Of a stretch of DNA of 64,000 bases, positions 12,901-26,000 are shown one piece after another. The stretch covers positions 164,836 to 228,835 of the forward strand of contig JAUCBJ010009163.1 of NCBI GenBank assembly GCA_032718475.1. The letters run 5' to 3'. The DNA comes from Nemertoderma westbladi. Taxonomy: Eukaryota; Animalia; Xenacoelomorpha. A program made the translations under genes and the position numbers. How positions within the stretch are numbered: position 1 is the stretch's first letter; each line of letters starts with the position of its first letter. The notes under the pieces were generated by a model. It had not been told where the DNA came from. It searched no databases and saw only the letters and a program-made list of their open reading frames with translations.

Positions 12901-15900
12901 TCGATTTTCATATTTATAACTTCTAACCCACTCCAAGAGATAGAGAATCTTAAATGAAAGTCACAAGAACAGGTAACACTTACAATTATAGCAGTAATAA
13001 GCTGTTATTTGCTACGTCTTTCCGCTGAAAATGAATGAATTATTTCATATTTATAACTTCTATCCCACTCCACGAGATAGAGAATCTTAAATGAACGTCA
13101 AAAGAACAGGTAACACTTACATTTATAGCAGTAATCAGCTGTTATTTGCTACGTCTTTCCGCTGGAGATGGATGAATTTTGATTGCATTGGAACACCCCC
13201 TATCTGTGGCTGTATGAGTGGAGAGATAAGTAGCCTATCTCCCTGTTAATATTGTTGTGTTCTAGAATATTTATTATAGTTTCATCGTATTGCTAAAGTG
13301 ACTAGAGCTGAATTTAACTCATAATACAATAATTCACCTCAAATATCTCAGCTATTTCATGAACATAATGAAGTATTAAAGCCATGTCAAAATCCTTGGT
13401 GTTTTTCTGCAATAATTTATCAAAATATCCTCTGTTTTTTTACAAAAAGCATATCGATTTTCATATTTATAACTTCTAACCCACTCCAAGAGATAGAGAA
13501 TCTTAAATGAAAGTCACAAGAACAGGTAACACTTACAATTATAGCAGTAATAAGCTGTTATATGCTACGTCTTTCCGCTGGAGATGGATGAATTTTGATT
13601 GTGTCAGAACACCGCCTATATCTGTGGCTGTCTAAGTGGAGAGATAAGTATCCTATTTCCGTGTTAATATTGTTGTGTTCTAGAATATTTATTATAGTTT
13701 CATCGTATTGCTAAAGTGGCTGGAGCTAAAGTTATTATGTAATGCAATAATTCACCTCAAATATCACAGCTATTTCATGAACATAATGAAGTATTAAAGC
13801 CATGTCAAAATACTTGGTGTTTTTCTGTAATAATTTATCAAAATATCCTCATATTTTTTTTAAAAACCATTTCGATTTTCTTATTTATATCTTCTAACCC
13901 ACTCCACGAGATAGAGAATCTTAAATGAAAGTCAAAAGAACAGGTAACACTTACATTTATAGAAGTAATCAGCTGTTATTTGCTACGTCTTTCCGCTGAA
14001 GATGAATGAATTTTGATTGTGTCAGAACACCCCCTATCTGCGGCTTTCAGAGTGGAGAGATAAGTATCCTATCTCCCTATTAATATTGTTGTGTTCTAGA
14101 GTATTTTTTATAGTTTCATCATATTGCCAAAGTTACTAGAGCTGAAGTTAACTCATAATACAATAATTCACCTCAAATATCTCAGCTATTTCATGAACAT
14201 AATGAAGTATTAAAGCCATGTCAAAATCCTTGGTATTTTTCTGCAATAATTTATCAAAATATCCTCTGATCCTTTACTATAACCATATCGATTTTCATAT
14301 TTATAACTTCTAACCCAATCCACGAGATAGCGAATCTTAAATGAATGTCAAAAGAACAGGTAACACTTACATTAATAGAAGTAATCAGCTGTTATTTGCT
14401 ACATCTTTCTGCCAGAGATGGATGAATTTTGATTGTGTCAGAACACCCTCTATCTGTGGTTGTATTAGTGGAGAGATAAGTAGCCTATCTCGCTATTAAT
14501 ATTGTTGTATTCTATAATATTTATTATAGTTTCATCGTATTGCTAAAGTGGCTGGAGCTAAAGTTATTATGTAATGCAATAATTCACCTCAAATATCTCA
14601 GCTATTTCATGAACATAATGAAGTATTAAAGCCATGTCAAAATCCTTCGTGTTTTTCTGCAATAATTGATCAAAATATCCTGTAATTTTTTACAAAAACC
14701 ATATCGATTTTCATATCCCACTCCACGAGATAGAGAATCTTAAATGAACGTCAAAAGAACAGGTAACACTTACATTAATAGAAGTAATCAGCTGTTATTT
14801 GCTACATCTTTCTGCCAGAGATGGATGAATTTTGATTGTGTCAGAACACCCTCTATCTGTGGTTGTAGGAGTGGAGAGATAAGTATCCTATCTCCCTATT
14901 AATATTGTTGTGTTCTAGAATATTTTTTATAGTTTCATCGTATTGCCAAAGTGACTGGAGCTGAAGTTAACTTATAATACTATAATTCACCTCAAATATC
15001 TCAGCTATTTCATGAACATAATGAAGTATTAAAGCCATGTCAAAATCATTGGTGTTTTTCTGCAATAATTTATCAAAACATCCTCTGATTTTTTTCAAAA
15101 ACCACATCGATTTTCTTATTTATATCTTCTAACCCACTCCACGAGATAGAGAATCTTAAATGAAAGTCAAAAGAACAGGTAACACTTACATTTAAAAGTA
15201 AAGTAAAAAAAAAAGACTTTATAGAAGTAATCAGCTGTTATTTGCTACGTCTTTCCGCTGAAAATGAATGAATTATTTCATATTTATAACTTCTATCCCA
15301 CTCCACGAGATAGAGAATCTTAAATGAACGTCAAAAGAACAGGTAACACTTACATTTATAGCAGTAATCAGCTGTTATTTGCTACGTTTTTCCGCTGGAG
15401 ATGGATGAATTTTGATTGCATTGGAACACCCCCTATCTGTGGCTGTATGAGTGGAGAGATAAGTAGCCTATCTCCCTGTTAATATTGTTGTGTTCTAGAA
15501 TATTTATTATAGTTTCATCGTATTGCTAAAGTGACTAGAGCTGAAGTTAACTCATAATACAATAAATCACCTCAAATATCTCAGCTATTTCATGAACATA
15601 ATGAAGTATTAAAGCCATGTCAAAATCCTTGGTGTTTTTCTGCAATAATTTATCAAAATATCCTCTGTTTTTTTACAAAAAGCATATCGATTTTCATATT
15701 TATAACTTCTAACCCACTCCAAGAGATAGAGAATCTTAAATGAAAGTCACAAGAACAGGTAACACTTACATTTATAGCAGTAATAAGCTGTTATATGCTA
15801 TGTCTTTCCGCTGGAGATGGATGAATTTTGATTGTGTCAGAACACCGCCTTATCTGTGTGGCTGTCTAAGTGGAGAGATAAGTATCCTATTTCCGTGTTA

Positions 15901-18900
15901 ATATTGTTGTGTTCTAGAATATTTATTATAGTTTCATCGTATTGCTAAAGTGGCTGGAGCTAAAGTTATTATGTAATGCAATAATTCACCTCAAATATCA
16001 CAGCTATTTCATGAACATAATGAAGTATTAAAGCCATGTCAAAATACTTGGTGTTTTTCTGTAATAATTTATCAAAATATCCTCATATTTTTTTTTAAAA
16101 ACCATTTCGATTTTCTTATTTATATCTTCTAACCCACTCCACGAGATAGAGAATCTTAAATGAAAGTCAAAAGAACAGGTAACACTTACATTTATAGAAG
16201 TAATCAGCTGTTATTTGCTACGTCTTTCCGCTGGAGATGGATGAATTTTGATTGTGTCAGAACACCCCCTATCTGCGGCTTTCAGAGTGGAGAGATAAGT
16301 ATCCTATCTCCCTATTAATATTGTTGTGTTCTAGAATATTTTTTATAGTTTCATCGTATTGCCAAAGTTACTAGAGCTGAAGTTAACTCATAATACAATA
16401 ATTCACCTCAAATATCTCAGCTATTTCATGAACATAATGAAGTATTAAAGCCATGTCAAAATCCTTGGTATTTTTCTGCAATAATTTATCAAAATATCCT
16501 CTGATTCTTTACTATAACCATATCGATTTTCATATTTATAACTTCTAACCCACTCCACGAGATAGCGAATCTTAAATGAAAGTCAAAAGAACAGGTAACA
16601 CTTACATTAATAGAAGTAATCAGCTGTTATTTGCTACATCTTTCTGCCAGAGATGGATGAATTTTGATTGTGTCAGAACACCCCCTATCTGTGGTTGTAT
16701 GAGTGGAGAGATAAGTAGCCTATCTCCCTATTAATATTGTTGTGTTCTAGAATATTTATTATAGTTTCATCGTATTGCCAAAGTGACTGGAGCTGAAGTT
16801 AACTTATAATGCAATAATTCACCTCAAATATCTCAGCTATTTCATGAACATAATGAAGTATTAAAGCCATGTCAAAATCCTTGGTGTTTTTCTGCAATAA
16901 TTTATCAAAATATCCTCTGATTCTTTACTATAACCATATCGATTTTAATATTTATAACTTTTAACCCACTCCACGAGATAGATAATCTTAAATGAAAATC
17001 AAAAGAACAGGTAAAACTTACATTTATAGATGTAATCAGTTGTTATTTGCTACGTCTTTCCGCTGGAGATGGATGAATTTTGATTGTGTCAGAACACCCC
17101 CTATCTGTGGCTTTGTGAGTGGAGATATAAGTAGCCTATCTCCCTATTAATATTGTTGTGTTCTAGAATATTTATTATAGTTTCATCGTATTGCTAAAGT
17201 GGCTGGAGCTAAAGTTATTATGTAATGCAATAATTCACCTCAAATATCACAGCTATTTCATGAACATAATGAAGTATTAAAGCCATATCAAAATACTTGG
17301 TGTTTTTCTGTAATAATTTATCAAAATATCCTCTGATTTTTTTCAAAAACCACATCGATTTTCTTATTTATATCTTCTAACCCACTCCACGAGATAGAGA
17401 ATCTTAAATGAAAGTCAAAAGAACAGGTAACACTTACATTTATAGAAGTAATCAGCTGTTATTTGCTACGTCTTTCCGCTGAAGATGAATGAATTTTGAT
17501 TGTGTCAGAACACCCCCTATCTGTGGCTTTCTGAGTGGAGATATAAGTAGCCTATCTCCCAATTAATATTGTTGTGTTCTAGAATATTTTTTATAGTTTC
17601 ATCGTATTGCCAAAGTGACTAGAGCTGAAGTTAACTCATAATACAATAATTCACCTCAAATATCTCAGCTATTTCATGAACATAATGAAGTATTAAAGCC
17701 ATGTCAAAATCATTGGTGTTTTTCTGCAATAATTTATCAAAACATCCTCTGATTTTTTTCAAAAACCACATCGATTTTCTTATTTATATCTTCTAACCCA
17801 CTCCACGAGATAGAGAATCTTAAATGAAAGTCAAAAGAACAGGTAACACTTACATTTATAGAAGTAATCAGCTGTTATTTGCTACGTCTTTCCGCTGAAA
17901 ATGAATGAATTATTTCATATTTATAACTTCTATCCCACTCCACGAGATAGAGAATCTTAAATGAACGTCAAAAGAACAGGTAACACTTACATTTATAGCA
18001 GTAATCAGCTGTTATTTGCTACGTCTTTCCGCTGGAGATGGATGAATTTTGATTGCATTGGAACACCCCCTATCTGTGGCTGTATGAGTGGAGAGATAAG
18101 TAGCCTATCTCCCTGTTAATATTGTTGTGTTCTAGAATATTTATTATAGTTTCATCGTATTGCTAAAGTGACTAGAGCTGAAGTTAACTCATAATACAAT
18201 AATTCACCTCAAATATCTCAGCTATTTCATGAACATAATGAAGTATTAAAGCCATGTCAAAATCCTTGGTGTTTTTCTGCAATAATTTATCAAAATATCC
18301 TCTGTTTTTTTACAAAAAGCATATCGATTTTCATATTTATAACTTCTAACCCACTCCAAGAGATAGAGAATCTTAAATGAAAGTCACAAGAACAGGTAAC
18401 ACTTACATTTATAGCAGTAATAAGCTGTTATATGCTACGTCTTTCCGCTGGAGATGGATGAATTTTGATTGTGTCAGAACACCGCCTTATCTGTGGCTGT
18501 CTAGAGTGGAGAGATAAGTATCCTATTTCCGTGTTAATATTGTTGTGTTCTAGAATATTTATTATAGTTTCATCGTATTGCTAAAGTGGCTGGAGCTAAA
18601 GTTATTATGTAATGCAATAATTCACCTCAAATATCACAGCTATTTCATGAACATAATGAAGTATTAAAGCCATGTCAAAATACTTGGTGTTTTTCTGTAA
18701 TAATTTATCAAAATATCCTCATATTTTTTTTAAAAACCATTTCGATTTTCTTATTTATATCTTCTAACCCACTCCACGAGATAGAGAATCTTAAATGAAA
18801 GTCAAAAGAACAGGTAACACTTACATTAATAGAAGTAATCAGCTGTTATTTGCTACATCTTTCTGCCAGAGATGGATGAATTTTGATTGTGTCAGAACAC

Positions 18901-19132
18901 CCTCTATCTGTGGTTGTAGGAGTGGAGAGATAAGTAGCCTATCTCCCTATTAATATTGTTGTGTTCTAGAATATTTATTATAGTTTCATCGTATTGCTAA
19001 AGTGACTGGAGCTGAAGTTAACTTATAATACAATAATTCACCTCAAATATCTCAGCTATTTCATGAACATAATGAAGTATTAAAGCCATGTCAAAATCCT
19101 TGGTGTTTTTCTGCAATAATTTATCAAAATAT
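6970..19132. repeat. ~415-bp tandem satellite array, block 2, with multi-kb internal duplications
   Basis: Same monomer. Diagnostic variants recur about 4.7 kb apart, e.g. the insertion TTTAAAAGTAAAGTAAAAAAAAAAGAC at ~10470 and ~15190. Confidence 0.98.
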
Positions 19133-19604
19133 GTGAGGTTTGATCAAGAAATCGACCTACCGTTGCAAAATATTATTTCACATAATTAGAGGTTGAAGTC
19201 AAAATAGTTCATTTGGTATTAAAATATCGAATTTTATTTTTTGACTTTTTCTAGATCAGAATTTTTTGCTAATTCTGAAACTGTAAACGAAATTTTCATA
19301 TCTATTTTAGTTTTGGAGTTATTTGATTTTTTGTAGACCTCACTCATTTTGAAATTATTATAAATAAGTGGCCAAATATTTGTAAGATTCAGTAACAGTA
19401 TTACTCAAAATACTATAATTGTATTTGTCCTACAGAATAATTTTTGCTATGAGTTTTCCTGTTCAGTGATTTAATTTCAATTGTTACTTTCCACGGCTGA
19501 CGGATCATAGACTGTCGATCAGTCTGTTTGTCTGTCTGTCTGTGTGTCCGTTTGTCTGTCAAAAATTAAGGAAACATGATATCTAACAAAATGTTTTGCT
19601 TTGG
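19133..19604. mobile_element. AT-rich fragment of a probable non-autonomous element with a (GTCT)n microsatellite, lying where the BEL 5' LTR is expected
   Basis: Abrupt exit from the satellite at 19132. The (GTCT/GTCC)n tract at ~19521-19560 resembles those at ~51770 and ~51900. There is no similarity to the 3' LTR. Confidence 0.5.
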
Positions 19605-22600
19605 GGGTTTTCTCGGAAGGCGATTCCATTTCCAACGAGTCGACACACGACGGCGGTCGACATGCCAGTGTCGCCGGCCAGCCACAGGCCGAGGGCGACG
19701 GACGGCCCACTGGAACGGCGACGGTGGGGCCGCCGGCACGACGCCGGACCCAGAGAGATGTAGGAGATGTCGGCAATGAGGACGTCGGGGTCCGCGATCG
19801 ACTTCAACGGGCCTACAACGCCACCCGGAAATCACTTAAGGAGGCCAAGGAGGGGGCCCAGATAGACGAGGTAAACCTAAATAAAAAACTAGGTGAGTCG
19901 AACGAACATTTTGACTATCTAAAACGTTTTGGGCAGGGAGAACTAGCCAGCGAGAGAGCGAGAGGGGTTGCCACCGAACTGTTCGAACTATGGGAATGCA
20001 GGGGTATGGAACCTAGCGTAGTGTACATAGGGCCATACTTAGTCGATGCCCGGGGAATAAAATTAGTGGGTTGGAGGAAACCGCAGGAGGGCGAATCCGA
20101 GGTTAACCCCGAGGATTCAGTCTCATCGGTCGGAAAAGGTTCCGAAAAAAGGGGGGGGGGGGGTTAGTAGGACGGGAAGGCGGAGGGAATCCGTCGCAAC
20201 CGATAAGTCTGCTACATCCTCCGTAAAAGAAAGACGGGTGAGAGAAATAAATGCGGCGTGTTATCTCGATCTAATAGCGCAAGACCAGAGAGAAGTAGAG
20301 AGACAGTTAGAGGAGGGGAGAGTGCTATTAGAGAAAGAAATGGAACTGGCTAGAGAGACCGGAGAGAGGGCCGAGAAAGCCGCAAGAAGCTTTAGGGAGT
20401 GTGAGGAAATAGGGAGGAAGGAACGAGAAGAGCGCGAGGCGAGAGAGGAGTGTGAACGCAAAGAGCGCGAGGCTGAACGAAAGGAGCGCGAGGCAGAACT
20501 TAAAGAGCGTGAGGTGGCAAGGGAAGCGAAACGAATGGAGAGAGTTGAGAGAGCGAGGGATTTGGCCGAGCAGAGCGCGCGGGAGAGTCGGGAGAGAGCA
20601 GCGGAGGGGAAGCGTGTGCGGGATGGTTTACATGCCCGCCTAGGGGGGCTCATTCAATACCAAACCAAACAAAAGCGCAGACTAAAAATGGCCCAGCTGG
20701 GGCTATCAGAAAGTGACGCTGGCTCGAGCATTTTCGAGGAGCCAAGGGTCGAAGAAACATTTATTAATACCCCACTTACAGGGACCGCACGACAGACCCG
20801 AGACTGGTGTAACCGTACGGGCGGGGGGGGGGGGGGGGTAATAATAATAATACAGTAGATAACGTTGATATTAATAGTACCGTACTAGATAATTCTAATC
20901 AAACTTTCATTGCAGGAAATAATATTTTGCCCGACAGTAGTAATTTAAATCCTAGTGATTCTAATATTAATGTAGGAAATAATTCAAATAATTTAAATCT
21001 AGGTCCGAATTTACAAAATAATCCAAATAATTTAAATATAAATCTGAATTTACAAAATAATTCAAATAATCTTATTTCGAACGAGCAAAATAATTCCGTT
21101 TCTAATTTGGGCGCACAAGGTAACTTAATCGAGTTAGAGGATTTAATTGATCTAACCGATGACAATATTAGTGGTGCTATTAACGTGAACGTGTCGGATG
21201 TGTATAACCCGGCAGACGAGGGCCTGGTAGGCCTACAGCTAGTAGGCAGAAAGTTGCGGGGTTGAGCCAACCCGAAGAGGGCCTGGTAGGCCACTTAGTT
21301 AGTGGGCTGGAAGTGGCGGGGTTGAGCCAACCCGGAGAGGGCCTGGTAGGCCACGTAGTTAGTAGGCAGGGAGTGGCTGGGTTGGGTAAACCCAGCGAGG
21401 GCCTGGTAGGCCACGTAGTTAGTAGGCAGAAAGTAGAGGGCCTGGTAGGCCACACAATAGCAGAGGGAGAGGCGGGGGTGAATAGACCCAGCCGCAGTAG
21501 GGTTGACGTGTCGGCTAGAGAGGGATATAGTAGCGGGGTGAGAGATAGTGAAGTTAGATGTGGCGAGTGGGGGGGGGGGGGGGGGGGGCTACAGGAGCCC
21601 CACAACAGCGAGTTAGCGGCGAAAGGGGGGGGGGGGCAGAGAGTGCCCCACAGGCGTCGACGGATAATGCGCGGGCCGAGACAGGTAAACCGCAACACCC
21701 GGCGACGGAGAGTGATAGGGGGATTGCGAGTATCCCCAGCGGCGTGCAATCGAGCAGAGAGAGACAGGTTGACGTCGCGAGAGGGCGGACGAAGCGTCGA
21801 GCCCGATCAGAAGAGGGAAGAAGAACAGTGGAGTTTAACCGGGAGGTCGACGAGAGATCTCACGAGCGGGAATACTGCACTACAGAGAGAAGAAGGGAAG
21901 AGAGTAGAAGAAGTGTCGCCGCGAACGACAGGAGAGCGAGGACGGATAGCGAGCCGTCGGTAGTAGAGGTGGAGACGGAGAGTCAGCAGGGTCGAACTTC
22001 GGGAGATTGCCGTCGCCCCGGAGGAGCGCGACCTGACGAGGCGTATTGCGCGCAGAGAGAGGGGTACGGGATGTACCGGCACGAGAGCGAGAGCAGTAGA
22101 GGGGGTCGAAGAGAAGCTTCCCGACGGGATATACCTACCGATCGAGAATGCGGTGGCCGCGGGGAGGATTATTCGAGAAGGATAAACTTCGATCCCGAGC
22201 GACACATACAGACTGCAGGACATACTGTAGGCCTTACTGCACATACCATAGGCTATGCTGAGAGAGATAATATAGGCGATAGGATAGCGCGAACAGCGGG
22301 ATTAAACCCGGAAGTCGCGGAGTATATACCGGCAAGGAGGCCAGAAGTAGATAGGCCTATACCGGTACCAGCACAGCAGTATGACTACAGCATGCAAGGA
22401 CATAACATATACCCAGGGGAAGGGGGGATTATTGCGGATAGATGCATGGGCTCCAATATATTAACATCAACCCCAGTACCAAATATACCAGTGGGGGGGG
22501 GGGGGGGGGGACAGGGTGACATTCCCCCATCACAATATCAACAATATACCCCAGTAGGAGTAAGAACATCGAACCCCTTGGACGAGAATAGATCATGCGA

Positions 22601-23008
22601 CACAGAAATATGGAGGGGGCCGCTACCCCCTATGATATATCCAAGTCAGAGGAAAGCGGCAAACAGGACGAACGGACCGCACCCAACGGGAGAACCTATG
22701 CAGCACCCATCGAACCCATTGGAAGCGCAAGCGGTGGGGATGGCCACGTTAATCGATGCACTAAAAACAAGGATCGAGTTACCACCCGTGGAACCATTCA
22801 AATTCGATGGGAGTAGGCCGGAAGAATACCTACAGTTTCGGCGCATGTATAGTAACGAAATATTAACGAAAAATTTGACGCAGGCGGAGTGCCTAAAGTA
22901 TCTGCAAGTATATACAGGGGGCCCAGCATACGACATCGTGAGGCAATACCAGGGTATCGAGGGTGGCTTCACGACGGCATGGCGGGCGTTAGACAGGGAA
23001 TACGGCAC
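19601..23008 (+). pseudogene. gag: BEL/Pao Gag N-terminal part, about 1100 codons broken by frameshifts
   Basis: ORFs 19601, 20238, 20927, 21262 and 21558 join end to end across poly-G runs (~20151-20163, ~20823-20838, ~21568-21588) and a 1-nt deletion near 21235. The last piece has the BEL Gag core ELPPVEPFKFDGSRPEEYLQF...YLQVYTGGPA...AWRALDREYG. Confidence 0.8.
21218..21452 (+). repeat. 60-bp tandem repeat (20 codons) inside gag, two short hairpins per unit
   Basis: GGCCT-GGT-AGGCC occurs at 21221, 21280, 21340, 21400 and 21439. GGGTTG-AGC-CAACCC or a variant lies between the first four. Confidence 0.9.
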
Positions 23009-26000
23009 CCGGCCAAGATCATCCGGCAGACCCTGAGAGGTATAACATCGGGTGGCCTACAGGATAACCCCGTTAGCATAAAGACATTCGCTAACAAAGT
23101 CGAGAAGGCGCTAATCGTGCTAAAGACATTGGATGCGCCATACGAACTCAACGCGTCCAACAACATCACAACGATAGCCCAGGCACTTCCGATGTGGCTG
23201 CGCAATAAGTGGAGGAAAATCGCTTTCTCCACTCGAGATAGGAAGGGTGCGGAACCGGGTTTAGAAGAGATGTCAAGCTTCTTAAACTATGAAGCTGAAC
23301 TTATAACGGACCCAGTCTACAGCGAGGATAGCCTGGGAAAGGGATCAAAGACCGATTACCACAGGCCGAAACCAGAACATAACACATCAAACGCATTACC
23401 AAAGCTCAGGCAATCACTGCCATACGCAGCGACGCAGGGGACTGCAAGTCCACAGGTAGCCGAGGGTAAGACGACATCATGGAGCGGACAGGGGAAAAAT
23501 AACAACACAAATAAACATACCCCCAGTACGCCCAGTAGGCAGAATTCAAACAATAAGAACAGTAAGGACTTTGGTACAAATGCATCTGCGATACGCAATG
23601 CACTGTATAAGGATGGCTACGATCCAAAGAGCAAATGCCAGCTACATTCAAATGCGCTTCATCAGACCATGAACTGCAGGTACTGGCAGGCGCTACCCAG
23701 GGAAGATCAGGTAGAATACGCGGCGAGAAATGACATCTGCTCGCGATGCGTGATGAGTGGACACAGAGCTAGACAATGCAGAGAAACGCCAATTAAGTTC
23801 GGCCAGAGTAAAGGACAAACAATGGCAACAAGCACCGTAGTAGCAAAGAAGAGAGGGACGGTACTATTAGGGGTAGTACCAGTAAGGATAATCGGCGAAG
23901 GCAACCGATCAGTAACCACACTGATGCTGGTCGACAGTGGTGCAGCCTTCACCTTAGTTGAGGATTGGGTGGCCGAAGAGATAGGATTGAGAACGAGGCC
24001 AAGTAGAATGGCGGTAACAACCATCTCCAGCAAAGATGAGGTTCTGGAGATGAGAACCGGACGGTGCGCGATAGCAGCGGTAGCACCGGGATGCGATTAT
24101 GGGGCGACCATCGACCCCATCCAGGTGATAGAGTCGATAAATATTAACGCCAGGCGGCCAACCAACATCGAGGTCGAACAATACAGATTCCTGGACAGTA
24201 TCGACTTCTCAATCCCAGAGGTGGACGTTAGGAAGGTATCCATCATAGTAGGAATGGACTGCCCAACGGCCCACGAGAGAATGCAAACGGTCTTCGGCGA
24301 AGACAGGCAGTGTGACCCGGTGGCGATATTGACACCATTCGGGTGGACACTGAGTGGCCCAATCAAGAGTAAGATACCATTTAGGATGTCGGAGACATCA
24401 GGATGCATGTTCGCGGGAACTATGCGAGAGATGGAGGATGAGGGAGCAGAGGAGCAGCTCAGGAGACTGCTCAGGCAGGATTTTGAGGGATTAAAGGAGA
24501 CCGGGGTCGGAACCTCGGTAGAAGACAAGCAGGCTTTACAAAGTGTAAAGGAATCGATGACATGCGATGAGGGGCGGTATACCATAGGGATGGTATGGAA
24601 GCTACCAAAGCTACCGTTACCCGACAACAAAGGGATGGTACTTACGAGGCTTCGCAAGTTAAAGCAGACGTTAAAACGGAGCCCCGAGAAGAATGAGTAC
24701 ATCCACAAGACAATTAGAAAGTATGTCGAGAAAGGATGGGCCGTGGAGTTACCGGTCGACGAGCCAAACACGGACAGGACCTATTACCTGCCACTCCACG
24801 TGGCTATAGACCCGAAGAAAGGTAAACTGCGGATGGTAGTTGACGCATCAGCCAAGACCAACGGGAAATGCCTAAACGATTATCTGCTGGAGGGTCCCAA
24901 CATCTACAACTCAGGGATCGAGGTCCTACTCAGATTCAGGAATGGCAAACACGCTTTCACCTGCGACATCGAAGGCATGTTCAACCAAGTCCGTGTAACG
25001 GAAGAGGATAGCGACAGCCAACGCTTCCTATGGTACGACGGCGATGAGGAACCGTCGACCATACCAATGTATAAGATGGTAGTACAGAATATGGGAGCCA
25101 AGTCGTCTTCGTTTACAATGACTATGGCCGTAAGAGATACGGTAGCAGGGAAGGAAGATAAGTTCAGCGCCAAAGCCGTCGATATGATTCGACGCGGCTT
25201 CTACGTAGACGACGGGATGGAGTCTGGAAATACGGTTAAGGAGCTACTGGACACAGGGCGCGAGGTTCGCGACATCCTTAAAGGATCCGGCTTCAACCTA
25301 ACCAAATTCCAATCCAGTTCGAAGGAATTTATCGAGGCAATAAAAGACGAGAGACCAGGATCGACCATGGATAATCCCACAACAGCCAAGGGGCAGGACA
25401 TGGCGAACAAGAGGATAGAGTCTCAACAGAAGGCACTGGGAATCGTGTGGAACAGAGAGACAGACGAGTTAAAATACCAATTGAGTCAGGAGGGAGCAGG
25501 TATCCACACAAAGAGGGGCTATGTGTCATATATAGCGAGGATATACGATCCCCTAGGCCTAGCATCCCCATTACTAGTCACGGGGAAACAGATACTCAAG
25601 AGAGTATACAAATTAAAGGACGAGTGGGACGCAGAGGTCCCAGAAGAGATTAGTAAGCAGTGGAACAAGTGGACAGAGAGTTTAGAGCAGATGGGAACAT
25701 ACAGCATGCCGCGTGTATATTTCCCGGATGGGGACATGACGAATCTGGATCTACATATGTTCTCCGATGCGTCATTAGAGGCATATGGAGCGGCACTCTA
25801 CTTAGTACAACGAGAGGGGGCTCACAAGCCCAGACTCGCATTCAGTAAAGCGAAGTCGACGCCACCAGACTCAGCATCAGTTCCGAAACTCGAGTTGACA
25901 GCTGCGAGATTAGGAGTTAGGGCCACAGCCTACTTAGTGGACGCTATTCCCAACATAGTGGAAACACATTACTGGACGGATTCCATGGTAGTGCTCGGTT

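Noticed and set aside
19132-19150. TGTGAGG at the satellite boundary as a possible 5' LTR start
   Set aside because: The downstream sequence has no similarity to the 3' LTR, and no PBS or TSD is present.
22995-23040. Programmed gag/pol ribosomal frameshift
   Set aside because: There is no slippery heptamer, the shift falls inside the Gag core (EYG.PAKII), and BEL elements usually have one gag-pol ORF. A mutation or sequencing error is more likely.
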